Shown: in pieces, positions 26,587 to 39,221 of the stretch
How the letters are laid out: each line of letters begins with the position of its first letter
Numbering within the stretch: position 1 is the first letter of the stretch
Assembly (NCBI GenBank): GCA_964016885.1
Contig: OZ024740.1
Span: forward strand, 376,154,001-376,218,000
DNA: 64,000 nt
DNA from: Eledone cirrhosa
Taxonomy: Eukaryota
Direction of reading: 5' to 3'
Made by a program: the position numbers and the translations under genes
The notes under the pieces: model-generated
Databases searched by the model: none
What the model was told of the DNA's origin: nothing
The model's input: only the letters and a program-made list of their open reading frames with translations

Positions 26587-27487
26587 ATAAACTTGTTATA
26601 ATGTCATAATAGTTCCTTTGTTCTTTTTCACTAATATTTCTGCTGTGCGTATACGCATAGAGCTTAACTAGCTACCGTCACATATTTGGTAAGTCAGACG
26701 TGATCATCGCGATTCACATACGTCCTACCATACATCTTACTTATATATATATATATATTTTATATATATGTATATTTTATGTATGTATATATTTTATATA
26801 TGTATATATTTTATATATATATATGTATTTTATATATATATATATATACTTGTGCGTACATATATATACACACCTGTATGGATATGTGTGTGTAGATGTG
26901 TGTGTATCTGAGGAGGTAGGTGTGAGTGTATGTACAAGTCAACCAACATAAGCCTTTTATTTTTAAATTTTCTAAACTAACTAAGTATTTGACTCTAACC
27001 ATTATTTCAAGTATTACCACCCCATATTAATTCCTCAATTTGTATGTGTGGATGTGTGTGTGTGGATGTGGAGGTGGGTGTGAGTGTACATGCAAGTTAA
27101 CCTACATAAGTCTTTTTATTTGTAAATTTTCTACTCTAACCATAATTTTCAGTAGCACCACCCACATACATCCCTCAATTTAAGAATGACCTGTAGTATC
27201 TATTTCATACTACTAACCTTAATTAAATATATATCTGACCAGGAATGCTTTTTGTGAAAATCAGTCATATGGAACTATTGTCATCTTGCCTGACTGTTTG
27301 AACTTTACAACACCACCTGCCTCTTTGAGGTAAATTACCAACCCTACTAGAATCTACAAACTGACCAATGAGAATTAAGACTATTCCTGCTGACAACATT
27401 AAATTTTTCCTAACAATCTCATATGTCCCAAGGCTCTGAAACCATCAACACTATAAACACAGAGCTGGCATATCTAAGAACTGACTA

Positions 27488-27543
27488 ACTGCCTGATGAG
27501 GTCATAGCCCTTCAATGGCTATCATCGAAATATATATAGCAGT
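27488..27543 (+). ncRNA. Type I hammerhead ribozyme at the end of a pLTR-like segment (about 26850-27590)
   Basis: ACTGC-CTGATGA-GGTcATAGCC..GGCTATcATC-GAAAT-ATAT-ATA-GCAGT. Relatives at 35319 and 42609. Confidence 0.85.
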
Positions 27544-27592
27544 AAATAAATAAATAAAGGATTATGAGTTCATGCTATTGATTTATATTTCG

Positions 27593-27697
<105 letters not shown>

Positions 27698-28079
27698 GCA
27701 TGTGTATTTATATATGTGAGTGGTTTTGTGTGTCTGTGCCTGCGTGCGCTCCTGTGTGTGTAAATAGACTTATATAATTATGTAAATATATATATTTATA
27801 TGACATAATATAAATGAAACGTTTCTATTTATTAAATAAAATATTTGTATTATTTGATTATATAAACTGTTTAATTAGATATTTCCGATATATAAATTTT
27901 ACGATTATAGCTCTGCAAAGATAACACTTGAAATAAAGCTATCTTGCAAATTAAATTGAATATCACTACCTTATGTAATTTTCATTCGATTGGCAAGATA
28001 TTTATGTAATATATAATGTCTGCAATTAGCAATCCCCATCTAACCCTTAAGTTCAGATAGATGAACTAAATATATATAT

Positions 28080-28202
28080 ATGGAAAAAATGAAATTTCAT
28101 TTCTCACTCTTAGTACGGCTGATACTTAAATATAAGTATGTACACGTACATACTAATATGTATACAGACGTACAGTAGTATGTATATACATACATACATG
28201 CT

Positions 28203-28261
<59 letters not shown>

Positions 28262-28820
28262 GTATGGGTTTACCGAACATTTATTATAATGTTCGGTAAA
28301 CCCATACGTACATATATATATATATGTGTGCATGTATGTATGTATATACATACTACTGTACGTCTGTATACATATTAGTATGTACGTATACATACTTATA
28401 TTGAAGTATCAGCCGTACTAAGAGTGAGAAATGAAATTTCATTTTTTCCATTTATCTTTCTCGGTACGCCCGGCCGACTAACTCACTTGACGATATACAA
28501 ATAAGGCTGCTCAACCGTGCATAAGGAAAGTATATACTTTCAAACGTTCAATCGATTGACAGGAAGGTGTACGGCGCAGATGACAGCAAATAAGTTAGAA
28601 ACTAGTTCATCGTTCCTTTGTCTGTGTTGAACAAAAGGCAACGATGGTTGTCGAACACTGTACGGCTTAATTCGGACTGTTTGTTTAGAAAAAAACCGAA
28701 CATTATAATAAATATTCGGTGAACCCATACGTACACATATTATATATATGTGCATGTATGATTGTATATACATACTACTGTACGTCTGTATACATATTTG
28801 TATGTACCTATACATACTTA
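28080..28820. mobile_element. ORF-less fold-back/tandem element (family Z)
   Basis: Palindrome 28081-28451 centred near 28286. A direct repeat of period about 425 bp follows, with a decayed HHR near 28570-28612. Same family as 30830-31480. Confidence 0.75.
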
Positions 28821-28899
<79 letters not shown>

Positions 28900-29282
28900 T
28901 ACGATATGTAGTTCTGAATTTATTCGCGTGGTACTTTAACTAAGAAGATTATGGTACAAAGATCTCATCTACATTTGCATATCAGCTTCAAATACAATCC
29001 ACTGAAGCCATTTAATACGGTGAAGCTATTTAATAAGGTGAAATCGAAAATCCCTCTGCAGTAGCGAATCAATTGTTCTCTATAGTGTTACACTACTTAA
29101 TATTAATTGTTGAAATACAATCAGGTATTATGCACACGTCCAGGAAAAAAGGGTAATCTGTTATTAAGGCATAAGAATGGTTGTGTTAATAGATACAGAA
29201 TAAGCAGAAGAATTATTTTGGAATGGCTCGACAAAACCTTATGCCATTAGCAGGTGATCACACACACACAGGCATTCATATT

Positions 29283-29319
<37 letters not shown>

Positions 29320-29324
<5 letters not shown>

Positions 29325-29659
29325 TAAAAGGAAAAGAAAATGGTGACAAATTTTTCCCAGTGAAAAATAGTTTAATTAGGAATAAGTATAACTTAGAAAT
29401 AAGTATTGGTTAGTATTCAGTTTTAGTTTTAAGTTTTTACCGGTTACGCATTCTACCGCTCTATCTCAAAATTATTTTTGATAAAGCATTAGAAATGCGC
29501 AACCGGTAAAAACTTAAAATAAAACTGAATACTAACCAATACTTATTACTAAGTTATACTTATTCCTAATTAAACTATTTTTCACTGGGAAAAATATGAC
29601 ACCATTTTCTTTTCCTTTTACTAATATATCACAACTCGTGTGTTGCACCTCTATTTTTT

Positions 29660-29662
<3 letters not shown>
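29320..29662 (+). mobile_element. Fold-back element (about 130-bp arms plus 32-nt tail) in (TA)n
   Basis: 29320-29452 is inverted at about 29494-29627. Related to 33195-33627. Only a decayed GAAA/NUH half of an HHR is retained. Confidence 0.8.
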
Positions 29663-29724
<62 letters not shown>

Positions 29725-29728
<4 letters not shown>

Positions 29729-30562
29729 TAGAATTGGTACTCTGAAATGGCGATATATATATGAATGTATATATAGTATATTATGCAATACACTGTAAGC
29801 TTATGTAAAAGCATTTTGAAGACCTTCCGCTATTGTTTTAAAGTAGTGACAATGTCACTTACTTCTATTTTCACCAAATAAGGGGAGATAAGCTGACAGC
29901 GCTCTGTTTCGTACTTGTTGGTACTTATGAAAGCCAGCACTCCACCTGTTTGCTGAAAATTATGAATGTTGGATTCTTATAGAATTCCAGTCATAATCAG
30001 GAACTGATTATACAGAACGGTTGCCGGTCCAGAAAAAATTGAAAATTAGAATTTGTGCTCTGAAATAGCGATATATATATGAATGTATATATAGTGTATT
30101 TGGGAAAACACATTTTGTTTGCTGAATATAGAAGTAAGTGACATTGTCATTACTTTAAAAAAATAGCGTGGGGTCTTCAAAATGCTTTTAATTAAGCATA
30201 CATTGTATTTTGCAATACGCTATATATACATTCATATATATATATCGGTATTTCAGAGCTCCAATTCTAATTTTCAATTTTTGCTGGACCGGCAACCGCT
30301 CTGTATAATCAGTTCCTGATTGTTAGTGGAATTCTATAAGAATTCACATTCATCATTTTCAGCAAACAGGAAGAGTGCTGAGCTTTGATAAGAACCAACA
30401 AGTAAGAAACAGAGCTCTGTCAGCTTATCTTCCCTTGTTTGCTGAAAATAGAAGTAAGTGACACTATCACTACTTTAAAACAATAGCGTAAGATCTTCAA
30501 AATGCTTTTAATTAAGCGTTACAGTGTATTGCAAAATACAATATAAATACATTTATATATAG

Positions 30563-30565
<3 letters not shown>
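29725..30565. mobile_element. ORF-less tandem + inverted HHR element (family Y, about 318-bp unit)
   Basis: AAATTAGAATT..CTCTGAAAT recurs at 29725 and about 30043. 30120-30560 is an inverted copy. HHRs at 29891-29934 (-) and 30381-30425 (+). Confidence 0.8.
30381..30425 (+). ncRNA. Hammerhead ribozyme, U3-A8 variant (stem II partly decayed)
   Basis: AGCT-TTGATAA-G(A/T)AC-CAACAA-GTA(A/C)-GAAAC-AGAGCTCT-GTC-AGCT. Palindromic stem III. The minus-strand copy supplies an intact GTAC/GTAC stem II. Confidence 0.7.
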
Positions 30566-30615
<50 letters not shown>

Positions 30616-30629
30616 TGCGTGTGTATATG

Positions 30630-30795
30630 TAGGAAAAGGGTCAGCAATATTGCTGGCATAGTTCGGATCTAGCTGTCGAAACAGCCGGAGGTCTGCGTCG
30701 GGGTCCTTACTCTTTTCCTGTTACCCACTCTACTACCCTAAGTATCGAGTACTGTGGTGCCTTATGGCCCTCCTGGTTTCTTGCCATACTTTCTT

Positions 30796-30798
<3 letters not shown>
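30630..30798 (+). repeat. 3' end of repeat family V (other pieces at 37377-37445, 37880-38360, 38415-38535, 38635-38705, 45400-45468, 51660-52340)
   Basis: Shared CCTAAGTAT(C/T)GAGTACT..TGGTGC..TATGG..C(C/T)GGTT followed by (TA)n. Confidence 0.75.
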
Positions 30799-30829
<31 letters not shown>

Positions 30830-30834
<5 letters not shown>

Positions 30835-31480
30835 TATGTACACGTACATACATATATGTATACAGACGTACAGTAGTATGTATATATATACACATACATG
30901 CACACATATATATATGTACGTATGGATTCACCGAACATTTATTATAATGCTCGGTGTGTTTGTATTATAATGCTCGTTTTTTCAACACTGACAAAGGAAT
31001 GCTGTACTAGTTTCAAGCTTATTAGCTATCGTCAGCAGCGTATAGCTTCCTGCCAGATTGTTGAACGTATATACTTATCTTATGCATATTAACGGCTGAG
31101 TAGCCCAATTTGCATATCGTGTGGGTTAATCGGCCGTATTAATCTGGCAGGAAGGTATACGTTGCTGACGATAGCTAATAAGCTTGAAACTAGTACAGCG
31201 TTCCTTTGTCAGTGTTGAACAAACGAGCAACGATGGTTGCTAGACACTACGGCTTAATACGGGATGTTTGGTTACAAACACACCGAGCATTATAATAAAT
31301 GTTCGGTGAATCCATACGTACATATATATATATGTGTGCATGTATGTATATATACATATATGTATGAATGTATACATATATGTATGTATGTATACATATA
31401 TGAATGAACGTGTACATACTTATATTTGAGTAACAGCCGTACTAAGAGTGGGAAATGAAATTTCGTTTTATTTTTTCCGT
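30830..31480. mobile_element. Palindromic family Z element with two inverted HHRs (31000-31040 minus, 31159-31201 plus)
   Basis: Arms are mirrored about 31100. Confidence 0.8.
31159..31201 (+). ncRNA. Minimal type I hammerhead ribozyme
   Basis: ACGTTG-CTGACGA-tAGCT-AATA-AGCTt-GAAAC-TA-GTA-CAGCGT. Palindrome ACTAGT. Confidence 0.85.
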
Positions 31481-31514
31481 ATATATATATACACATATAT
31501 ATATATATATATAT

Positions 31515-33110
31515 GGGAGGGTGATGTTGCCAATAAGAAACACACACACCAGTTGCTTTCACTCCTATTTATTATAAATTTAAGTATTTATAAATTTCCG
31601 GTTGGTTGGTTGATTCCACAACCGGACGGTTGTTCATATATTGTCAAAGTTCTTTTGTCCCACATTCGGTGACCTCTTCAATGACTGGGGATTCTTTTCT
31701 CTGTTTTGTGCCTCTCCTCTGTTCTGTCCTACACCATCTTGTTTTTCTATTTGTTGTGTGCTTAGTTTGCGCATGTGTTACATCCGGGTGTCTGTGTGTG
31801 TTTTTATTTGTTTATTTATTTGTTGATTTACATGTTACTAGTTGGTTGTTTGTTCTATGTGTGTGTGTGTTTTCATTTTGTCCTTAATTGTAAGTTGTGA
31901 TGTTGCTATTCCATTCATGTTTTCTATTTAATTTTGGTTGGAGTTCATTTATATTTATTGCCTCTGTGATTTGTCTAAACGTTGCGTCTTTTCTGTGTGT
32001 AGATTTTATTTTTATTTCTATGTTCTATAATTTGCTCTTATGTTCTATTTTAGCATGTTGGTGGAGTATTGATGATTTTTTTTTATCTTGAAGCTCTCGC
32101 CAGTGTTCATTTAACCGTTCTCCTATACTACGATCTGTCTCACCTATGTACACTATATTCTTATCTTTACATTGTCCTTCAGTACATCTTATGCTATATA
32201 TATTTCTAGTTTTACAGTTAATATGGGGGCTTAGTTTACAGATTATGCATTTTTTATCTATACCGGGAGGTCTTTGAAAAGGGTATGTCTTGCTAATAAG
32301 TGTTTTTAAGGAGGTACCTGTTCTTTCTACTATCTTAATATTGAGTTTATGTTTATCTAGGGCCCTACTAAATGTGTAAGTTAATTCACCTCTAGGGTTG
32401 TATTGATGAACATTACACACTGGTATTTATTGCTATCATACCATGAGTTTATTCTATTAACCTTATTCCTAGTTCTTTCTATTCTATTCCAAAATTTTCT
32501 CTTGTACAAGGGGCAGGTCCCATTTGTGTCAATATTTACCATTTTTTCCCATTTGGTTCTGGCTTCTCTATTCAGGGTGATTTTATCTCTCTGATTGTAA
32601 CCAGAGAACTGCATACAGTGGATGAAGTATGTGTCTCTCTATTTCATTGGGGTTGCACATGCGGGACACGTTTCTCATCACCCGTACCTCATCCGCAATC
32701 AGTATCTTGATTTGGGTGTGGTCCGAAACAGCTGAGTTTCGGTGGATCAGATATTTGGAAGTCATGGGTTTGGCATAATGGGAATAGAGCATTTGTTTTT
32801 TGTTATTAATGGTTTCTAACCAAAGCTCCGTGTCTAGTACAGGTAATCGATGGTTGGGGTGTTTGCTTGGGTAGTCTATAGTAACTCTAATACTCTGGTG
32901 GATGGAGTTAGCTATTTGCTGGATGCTTTCCATGGTGTTTTTCTCTAATTCCTGACTGTTCTCTAGTGGAGGTGTTTTTACTACGATGTTTATATCATCA
33001 ACGTAACGGGAGTACATTATCAGGGTTAAGAGGTTGCTGTCTTCTAATTGTTCATTAAGTTTAAGTTTAAGTTTATTGTCCCACCATACCCATGTTTTCA
33101 GAAAAAGGAT
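31515..33110 (-). mobile_element. Decayed PLE of a second type (RT C-half + GIY-YIG, coding about 31885-33105) with family W pLTR
   Basis: WWD..YSRYVDDI..DYPSKHPNHRLPVLD..YAKPM..SA; SGY; CIIC..NIYSIRC..C..VYIGETDRSIGERLNEH; RQITEA..LNRKHEW. Decayed HHR near 31644-31685. Confidence 0.88.
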
Positions 33111-33131
33111 CTTTCTAAACAAATTCAGAAA

Positions 33132-33194
<63 letters not shown>

Positions 33195-33196
<2 letters not shown>

Positions 33197-33627
33197 TGGT
33201 AAACGGAATAGAAAATGCTGACAAATTGTTCACATTTGAAAAATGGTTTAATTAGGAATAAAAGAGTATTAGTGATTGTATGGGTTAGTGTTCAGTTGTG
33301 GTTTTAAGTTTTTAAGTTGTTACCGGTTGCGCATTTCTAAATGCTTTTCAAAAATAATTTTGAGATAGAGTGTTCGTGCTGTTTGCTCTGATCAGAGCAA
33401 ACAGCACGAACACTCTATCTCAAAATTATTTTTGAAAAGCATTTAGAAATGCGCAACCGGTAAAAACTTAAAACCTTAAAACCACAACTGAACACTAACC
33501 CATACAATCACTAATACCCTTTTATTCCTAATTAAACCATTTTTCAAATGTGAACAATTTGTCAGCATTTTCTATTCCGTTTACCAATATATAATAACTT
33601 GTGTGTTACACCTCTATTCTTTTAACT
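33195..33627 (+). mobile_element. Loop-less palindrome (about 195-bp arms, centre GCTCTGATCAGAGC) plus tail, in (TA)n
   Basis: 33195-33391 mirrors 33392-33589. Related to 29320-29662. Confidence 0.85.
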
Positions 33628-33710
<83 letters not shown>

Positions 33711-33859
33711 TGTATATATATATTAGAAAGTGAGGTTTTTTTACAAAATGAAAAATAACCGAGGTGTTCTACACGAGTGAAAGTATAAAGAAAAGAAGAT
33801 GAAATCGTGAATGCAACTGGAGTCATATTTAAAAAAATATATATATATTTATTTGGTTT

Positions 33860-33895
33860 CTTTACCGGTTTCGCAGTTCTTCTGCTCTTCAAAAG
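33860..33895 (-). ncRNA. Minimal hammerhead-like motif
   Basis: CTT-TTGAAGA-GCAG-AAGAA-CTGC-GAAAC-CG-GTA-AAG. U3.G8, short stem I. Confidence 0.6.
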
Positions 33896-33984
33896 TAGAG
33901 TTGAGATGGACGGTCTGTGGTATATATATATATATATATATATATTAAAATAACTCTACGGTTCTTATATATATATATATATTG

Positions 33985-35130
33985 TGGCAGAAATTTTGTA
34001 TAAATACCTAAGGTTTAGAGGACACAGTTTACAGGAAGAGTTACGTATAATTAGTTACCTGACATGTACAGGTACTTAAGTTTCGTTGGAGTATATACCA
34101 CAATTCATTCAGCCTGTCGTCAAATTTAAAATGGCTTCCCACCATCAAAATTAATGAAAGTATAGGAGTGTTCTAATTGTAGGTACCCCGACATTATCTA
34201 TAAATATAAAAATACCTTACATAATATAAATGAAACGGATGGTAACTCTTAAAAACCTCTAGATATACAACATTCGTTTCACAAGGAATCAAGAAGAATG
34301 TTGAAAGACTAAATAAAATAAATTGAATTAATCCGGTCTAAACTATATTTTAAGAACATATTTTGCTTCATGAGGACAGCAACTGAAACAACCGAAGCTC
34401 GTATTTAAGCAGCGTTTCACTGAAGACAGTTGTGACAGTATATTCCACTTCGTTGAGTTACACAGCTTGCCAAATTTCGACCTATTGTCATAGGAGGTGG
34501 ATTCTTCCAATATCTTCCATTCAAGAACGCTGTACCGTTATTTTTGAGGTTCCACACATGGTTTGTGAGCTGAGTGGTATGTTTTTGTTCAGGATGTTGG
34601 AACGTTGTTTCATAGTTCAGAAAACAGCTTTTGAACCGGCTATCACACATTCCAACGTAACGCCAAGTTTCAGTTGATGATTCTGGTTGATGCAGGTCAT
34701 TTCTGCTTCATATATCACCGCTGGGGCGTTGTACAGTTGATCCAGGGTGCATGCCTCTAACATTCTGCATGAGTATCCATAATGTGGAAGGCTTTTGCGT
34801 TGGTGATATATGGTTTCATGTTGTTAATATAAGAGTTGCCTATTTTCACTGTATTTCGGTTTAATATTTTATCGTATTTGTGGCCTACAGGGACATGAGT
34901 ATATAAGAGAGCTAGGAATTTCCAACCTATATTAGCCTTCACGTTGAGCGTGAATGTTAGCGCGAACTACATGACGGCTTATGTCTGGATTTGTTTCTGT
35001 TAGAACTTTCTAAAATCTCCCGTATGGGAAGCCATTTTCTTGATTTTATGACAGGCCGAATGAGTTGTGGTATATAACCCAACGAATCTTAACTACCTGT
35101 ACCTCTCACTGTGTAACGAATTATATTTAT
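33985..35130 (-). mobile_element. Decayed PLE fragment (linker + GIY-YIG, about 34330-35000) with 3' HHR
   Basis: NIGWKFL..HKYDKILNRNTVK; VIYEA; FKS..NYETTF..TTQLTNHVWNLK; CKLC..CLNTSF. Confidence 0.8.
34068..34117 (-). ncRNA. Hammerhead ribozyme with a 1-nt core insertion (CUGAAUGA)
   Basis: ACAGG-CTGAATGA-aTTG..CAAc-GAAAC-TTAA-GTA-CCTGT. Confidence 0.65.
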
Positions 35131-35147
35131 ATACACACGCAATCATA

Positions 35148-35236
<89 letters not shown>

Positions 35237-35318
35237 AGAGAGAGAGAGAGATAGAGAGAGAGAGAATAATTAAGTCAAATATGTAAAATTTGGCTTCGTT
35301 TATTATAAACTAAAAGGT

Positions 35319-35373
35319 ACTGCTATATATATTTCGGTGACAGCCATCATTGGCTGTGTCCTCTTCAGGTAGT
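35319..35373 (-). ncRNA. Type I hammerhead ribozyme
   Basis: ACTAC-CTGAAGA-GGacACAGCC..GGCTGTcaCC-GAAAT-ATAT-ATA-GCAGT. Confidence 0.75.
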
Positions 35374-36179
35374 TCAATTTAGTGTGGAAAAGACAGATAC
35401 ACATGTTGTTGACTTGTTTTTTATTCCGTCAATACATCGATATGTCCAGCTCCTGGGTGTGTTGTTATTCCTTCGAGGAACTGGAATCATATGGGCTAGA
35501 ACAAACGAATTTCAACGTCATAGGACACGCTTGTATCCCATTGGTCAGTTGTGATAACATTCCTCAGTCAAAAGTCTATAGAAATTCTTCTGAGGCAAGT
35601 CAGCCTGTTATAGTTGTTTTTATCAGAATGTTTAAGTAAAGTTGACCTCCTCCATTGTGTTGGTAGTGGTGTTAATGGGTCAGCTGGCGGGTCAGCTTCA
35701 GTATGCTGCTGCTATGGTCTGAAGAATTTATGTGTGTAAGCTGGCATCTATCCTGCCGCCATTTCACGTGGTGGGTGCCAAACAGATAAAAAAATGCGTG
35801 TGTGCTACAACCAATATCAAACATTTTGAAAAATATAAACTGAAATAGAAAACCTGTGTGTCAGAATCGAGAAGTGTAAAGAATTACAATTCTTATTTTA
35901 TCATAGAGTGGTGCGTTTTAAAAATAAATGAGGCAAAATGGGAGTGTAAAATACCAAAAACCTCTGTGTCAAATTCCAGAAGTGCAAAGGACTACAATTC
36001 TTATTTCAGCATAAAGTACATATGCGTGTATGTCAACGCACACCGTTGCAAGCACACACGCAAAAACACAGGCTCAGGTGCATTCCCATATTACGTCTAC
36101 ACAGTCACACACACTCATACATGTAAACATAGCTCCATGTACGCTCACATGTGGATACACGCACACTGACACAGGGTCA

Positions 36180-36812
36180 AAGTCCCCTCTGAAGGTGGGG
36201 CGAGGGGTAAGTGGTAGTAATCGGCGCATCATTTTTACTTGTAGTATTTATCCCTGACTCATGCGTGCGAGGGGAGTTGAGTTCGAGACAGGTTATCCTC
36301 CGGGTATTCGGGTTACAAGCCGGAGTTGGGCGTTGGGGCCCGTTCGTCGGATCTTAGGGTGCCTGTCTGCACAGAGGATAGGACTCTACCGACGTTCTTC
36401 GTCTATTTATATTATCTAGTGTCAGCTAACTTGAGTTCTGGTTAAGGAAGTGAGAGAGAGGGGTCGTCCACAGCGGTGTGAGGCATGGTTTTAGCTGCTA
36501 GGTGGGTGTGTTGCAATAGGAGTCGATCGAGGTGGGAGTAGGAGTGAGGGTTGTGTAGGACATGGTCTACCTTGGGCTCGGTGTGGCGGTGCTACTGTCC
36601 TTAAAGCTTATGGTAAGTTCCCATCCCAATGTGTTGTTATTATCCATATAGCTTGAGGAAGATTCCGGCCCTGAGGTGTCTACATGTAGCAAAGTAGTCG
36701 GTCCTGGGGTTGATTAGGCTGCTCCTATCACTGAGTATCTCGAGGGTCTCGCTCAGACATAGGTATTAGATGCCAGATCTCCCTCTGTCAAGTGGTACTT
36801 TTCTGATTGTGT
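36180..36812 (-). mobile_element. PLE endonuclease C-terminus (about 36640-36810) and 3' UTR
   Basis: YLCLSETLEILSDRSSLINPRTDYFATCRH matches the LC..E..IL..LN.R.E..CRH tail of the other PLE ORFs in the window. Confidence 0.7.
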
Positions 36813-36906
36813 ATATATATATATATATATATATAAGTATGCCGAACATATGTCCAACATCGCCTTCCTCACCAGGCAAGTTTCCAAACACTGCTTCGAC
36901 GGATTG

Positions 36907-37003
36907 AGACATATCTGAACAACTTGCGATTTCAGAGTCAGGTTCGATCATCGCATCGATCGTGCCTCGATCTGATCGGCAGAGAAACGATTGTAATATG
37001 TCT
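36907..37003 (+). ncRNA. Decayed hammerhead (G8C) in a pLTR fragment 36835-37127
   Basis: AGACATAT-CTGAACA-(62 nt)-GAAAC-GATT-GTA-ATATGTCT. Perfect 8-bp stem I. Confidence 0.6.
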
Positions 37004-37142
37004 AATAAATCCTAATTCGTCGCACCACAGAGTCCGTTTCTTATGTGATATTATACTCTGCTCTGTAATAGCATCGAGTGCTCAAATGGCCTACCGAATA
37101 CGGACGATTTAAGCATCCTTCACCAAATATATATATATATAC

Positions 37143-37352
<210 letters not shown>

Positions 37353-37487
37353 GTGTGTGCGTGTGTGTGTATGTTAGTCTACCTAAGTATCGAGTACTCT
37401 AGTGCGTTATGGTCCACCTGGTTCCTTACCACACTTCGTTCGTTATATATATATATATATATATATATAGATATTTATATATATATA

Positions 37488-37870
37488 TAAGAAGTAATTA
37501 AAAGATGGTTAAAGAAGTTACATATATTTTATTATGCGCATTTCAAAAACAACATCATCCTGGGGCAAAAATCGTGTTCTCATCAGATAAAATAAGGTAA
37601 CATGATATGAGGCCTAAAAACACTTGTCAACAGGAAAGTGCAAAACCTACATAGGCCTCATATCATGTTACCTTATTTTATATTATGAGAACACATTTTT
37701 TGTCCCAGGATGATGTTGTTTTCGAAATGCGCATAATAAAATATATGGAACTTCTTTAACCATCTTTTAATTTCTTCTTTAATATATACTCCAGTTCTAC
37801 CAACTGTTGAGTGCTACCTATCTGATATATGCATATTTTTATTGTTCTCCACTATTACTGGCCTTCTACT
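37488..37870 (+). mobile_element. Fold-back element (about 128-bp arms plus 80-nt tail) with HHR
   Basis: 37488-37616 is inverted at about 37652-37782. Confidence 0.85.
37527..37592 (-). ncRNA. Type I hammerhead ribozyme
   Basis: TTTTAT-CTGATGA-GAACAC...GTTGTTTTT-GAAAT-GCGC-ATA-ATAAAA. The + arm copy has a mutated core. Confidence 0.75.
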
Positions 37871-38364
37871 ATATATATATATCACATTCTTTCTGACTTG
37901 ACCACTGCCACGTCACGATTCTTAGCCATTCTGAATTTGTTTTCTGGCGGGGATCACTTTAGAAAATTACTTGTCCTATGAGTTTGTTTCCTGACGAGTT
38001 CGAAGCTCGAGATGTTATCCTTAATAGGATATCTCAAAATGCGAACGACACCCGAGGGTAGAGACACAATCCTGGTAAGTGTGTACGCATTTCTTCTAAC
38101 TTTAATTTTATAACTAATTGTGTATGGTTGACGGTATATTTAGTCGATTTCCACGTGGTGTGGAAATGTTGGGTAATCATTCTATGGCGGTCGGCCGCGA
38201 AGAGATTGCTGTCGTCTATTTATCTAATGTTTCTTCATAGGTGCCTTTTAATCTTATAGCCTGGTCTAATTGATTTTTTAGGTGGTTGATTATGCTAATT
38301 GTGAGGAAATGGTGTATATAAATTATCAATTGATTCTATGGACATACTTTATCGTATTTATATA

Positions 38365-38419
<55 letters not shown>

Positions 38420-38530
38420 GTAGAGCACTCAGTCCATGGGACGAGATAGATAGAAGTGGTTACACTTCTGGACTAGTCCAGAAATAGCCGTCGAAACGCC
38501 TTGAGCTCTGCCATCGTGGTTATACATTTT

Positions 38531-38596
<66 letters not shown>

Positions 38597-38927
38597 TGGT
38601 TTTACCCGTGTTCTACCACTATATATATATATATAACGAACGAAATGTCGTAAGGGACCAGGTGGACCATAACGCACTAAAGTACTCCATACTTAGGTAG
38701 ACTAACACACACACACGCACACATATATGTGTGTGTGTGTGCGTTTGTGTGTGCGTGTGTGTGTGTGTTTTTTCAAAATTCCATTCAAACAGAGGGGCCA
38801 ACATTGTTGTATAAATTTCGTGGATTGTTGTCACTATGAACGGCATTGTATTAATGCTAGACGTTTAGTATATGCATTCATTAATCATCTAATGTTACAC
38901 TTGAAAGAAATATATCAATTAGTAGTT

Positions 38928-38929
<2 letters not shown>

Positions 38930-39023
<94 letters not shown>

Positions 39024-39045
39024 GAGAGAGAGAGAGAGAGAGAGA

Positions 39046-39102
<57 letters not shown>
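38930..39102 (+). repeat. (TA)n(GA)n microsatellite
   Basis: Directly visible. Confidence 0.95.
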
Positions 39103-39106
<4 letters not shown>

Positions 39107-39221
39107 ATAGAGAGAGGTGGGCTGGAATTAAGGCTCATTAACTACTCCCAAATTGTCACAGGAAACTATTTATTCTACTCACTCTTTATGTCAGGGACAT
39201 TTAATTAGATAACTGACTTAC

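Larger units (their letters stand above)
24868..26742. mobile_element. ORF-less fold-back PLE derivative: about 590-bp near-identical inverted arms (24868-25462 / 26040-26636) plus 105-nt tail
   Basis: The arms are reverse complements (twin 60-aa pseudo-ORFs in the track) and each has an HHR. The spacer has a TAATTTTGT-type minisatellite. (TA)n on both sides. Confidence 0.88.

Noticed and set aside
36766-36780. Stop codon at a conserved Cys position of a PLE endonuclease (possible selenocysteine, as in some Naiad PLEs)
   Set aside because: The codon is TAA, not TGA. The other copies encode Cys, and all ORFs here have a C-terminal endonuclease.
37988-38020. CTGACGA core resembling an HHR
   Set aside because: It is followed by GAGAT rather than GAAA, and there is no convincing stem I.
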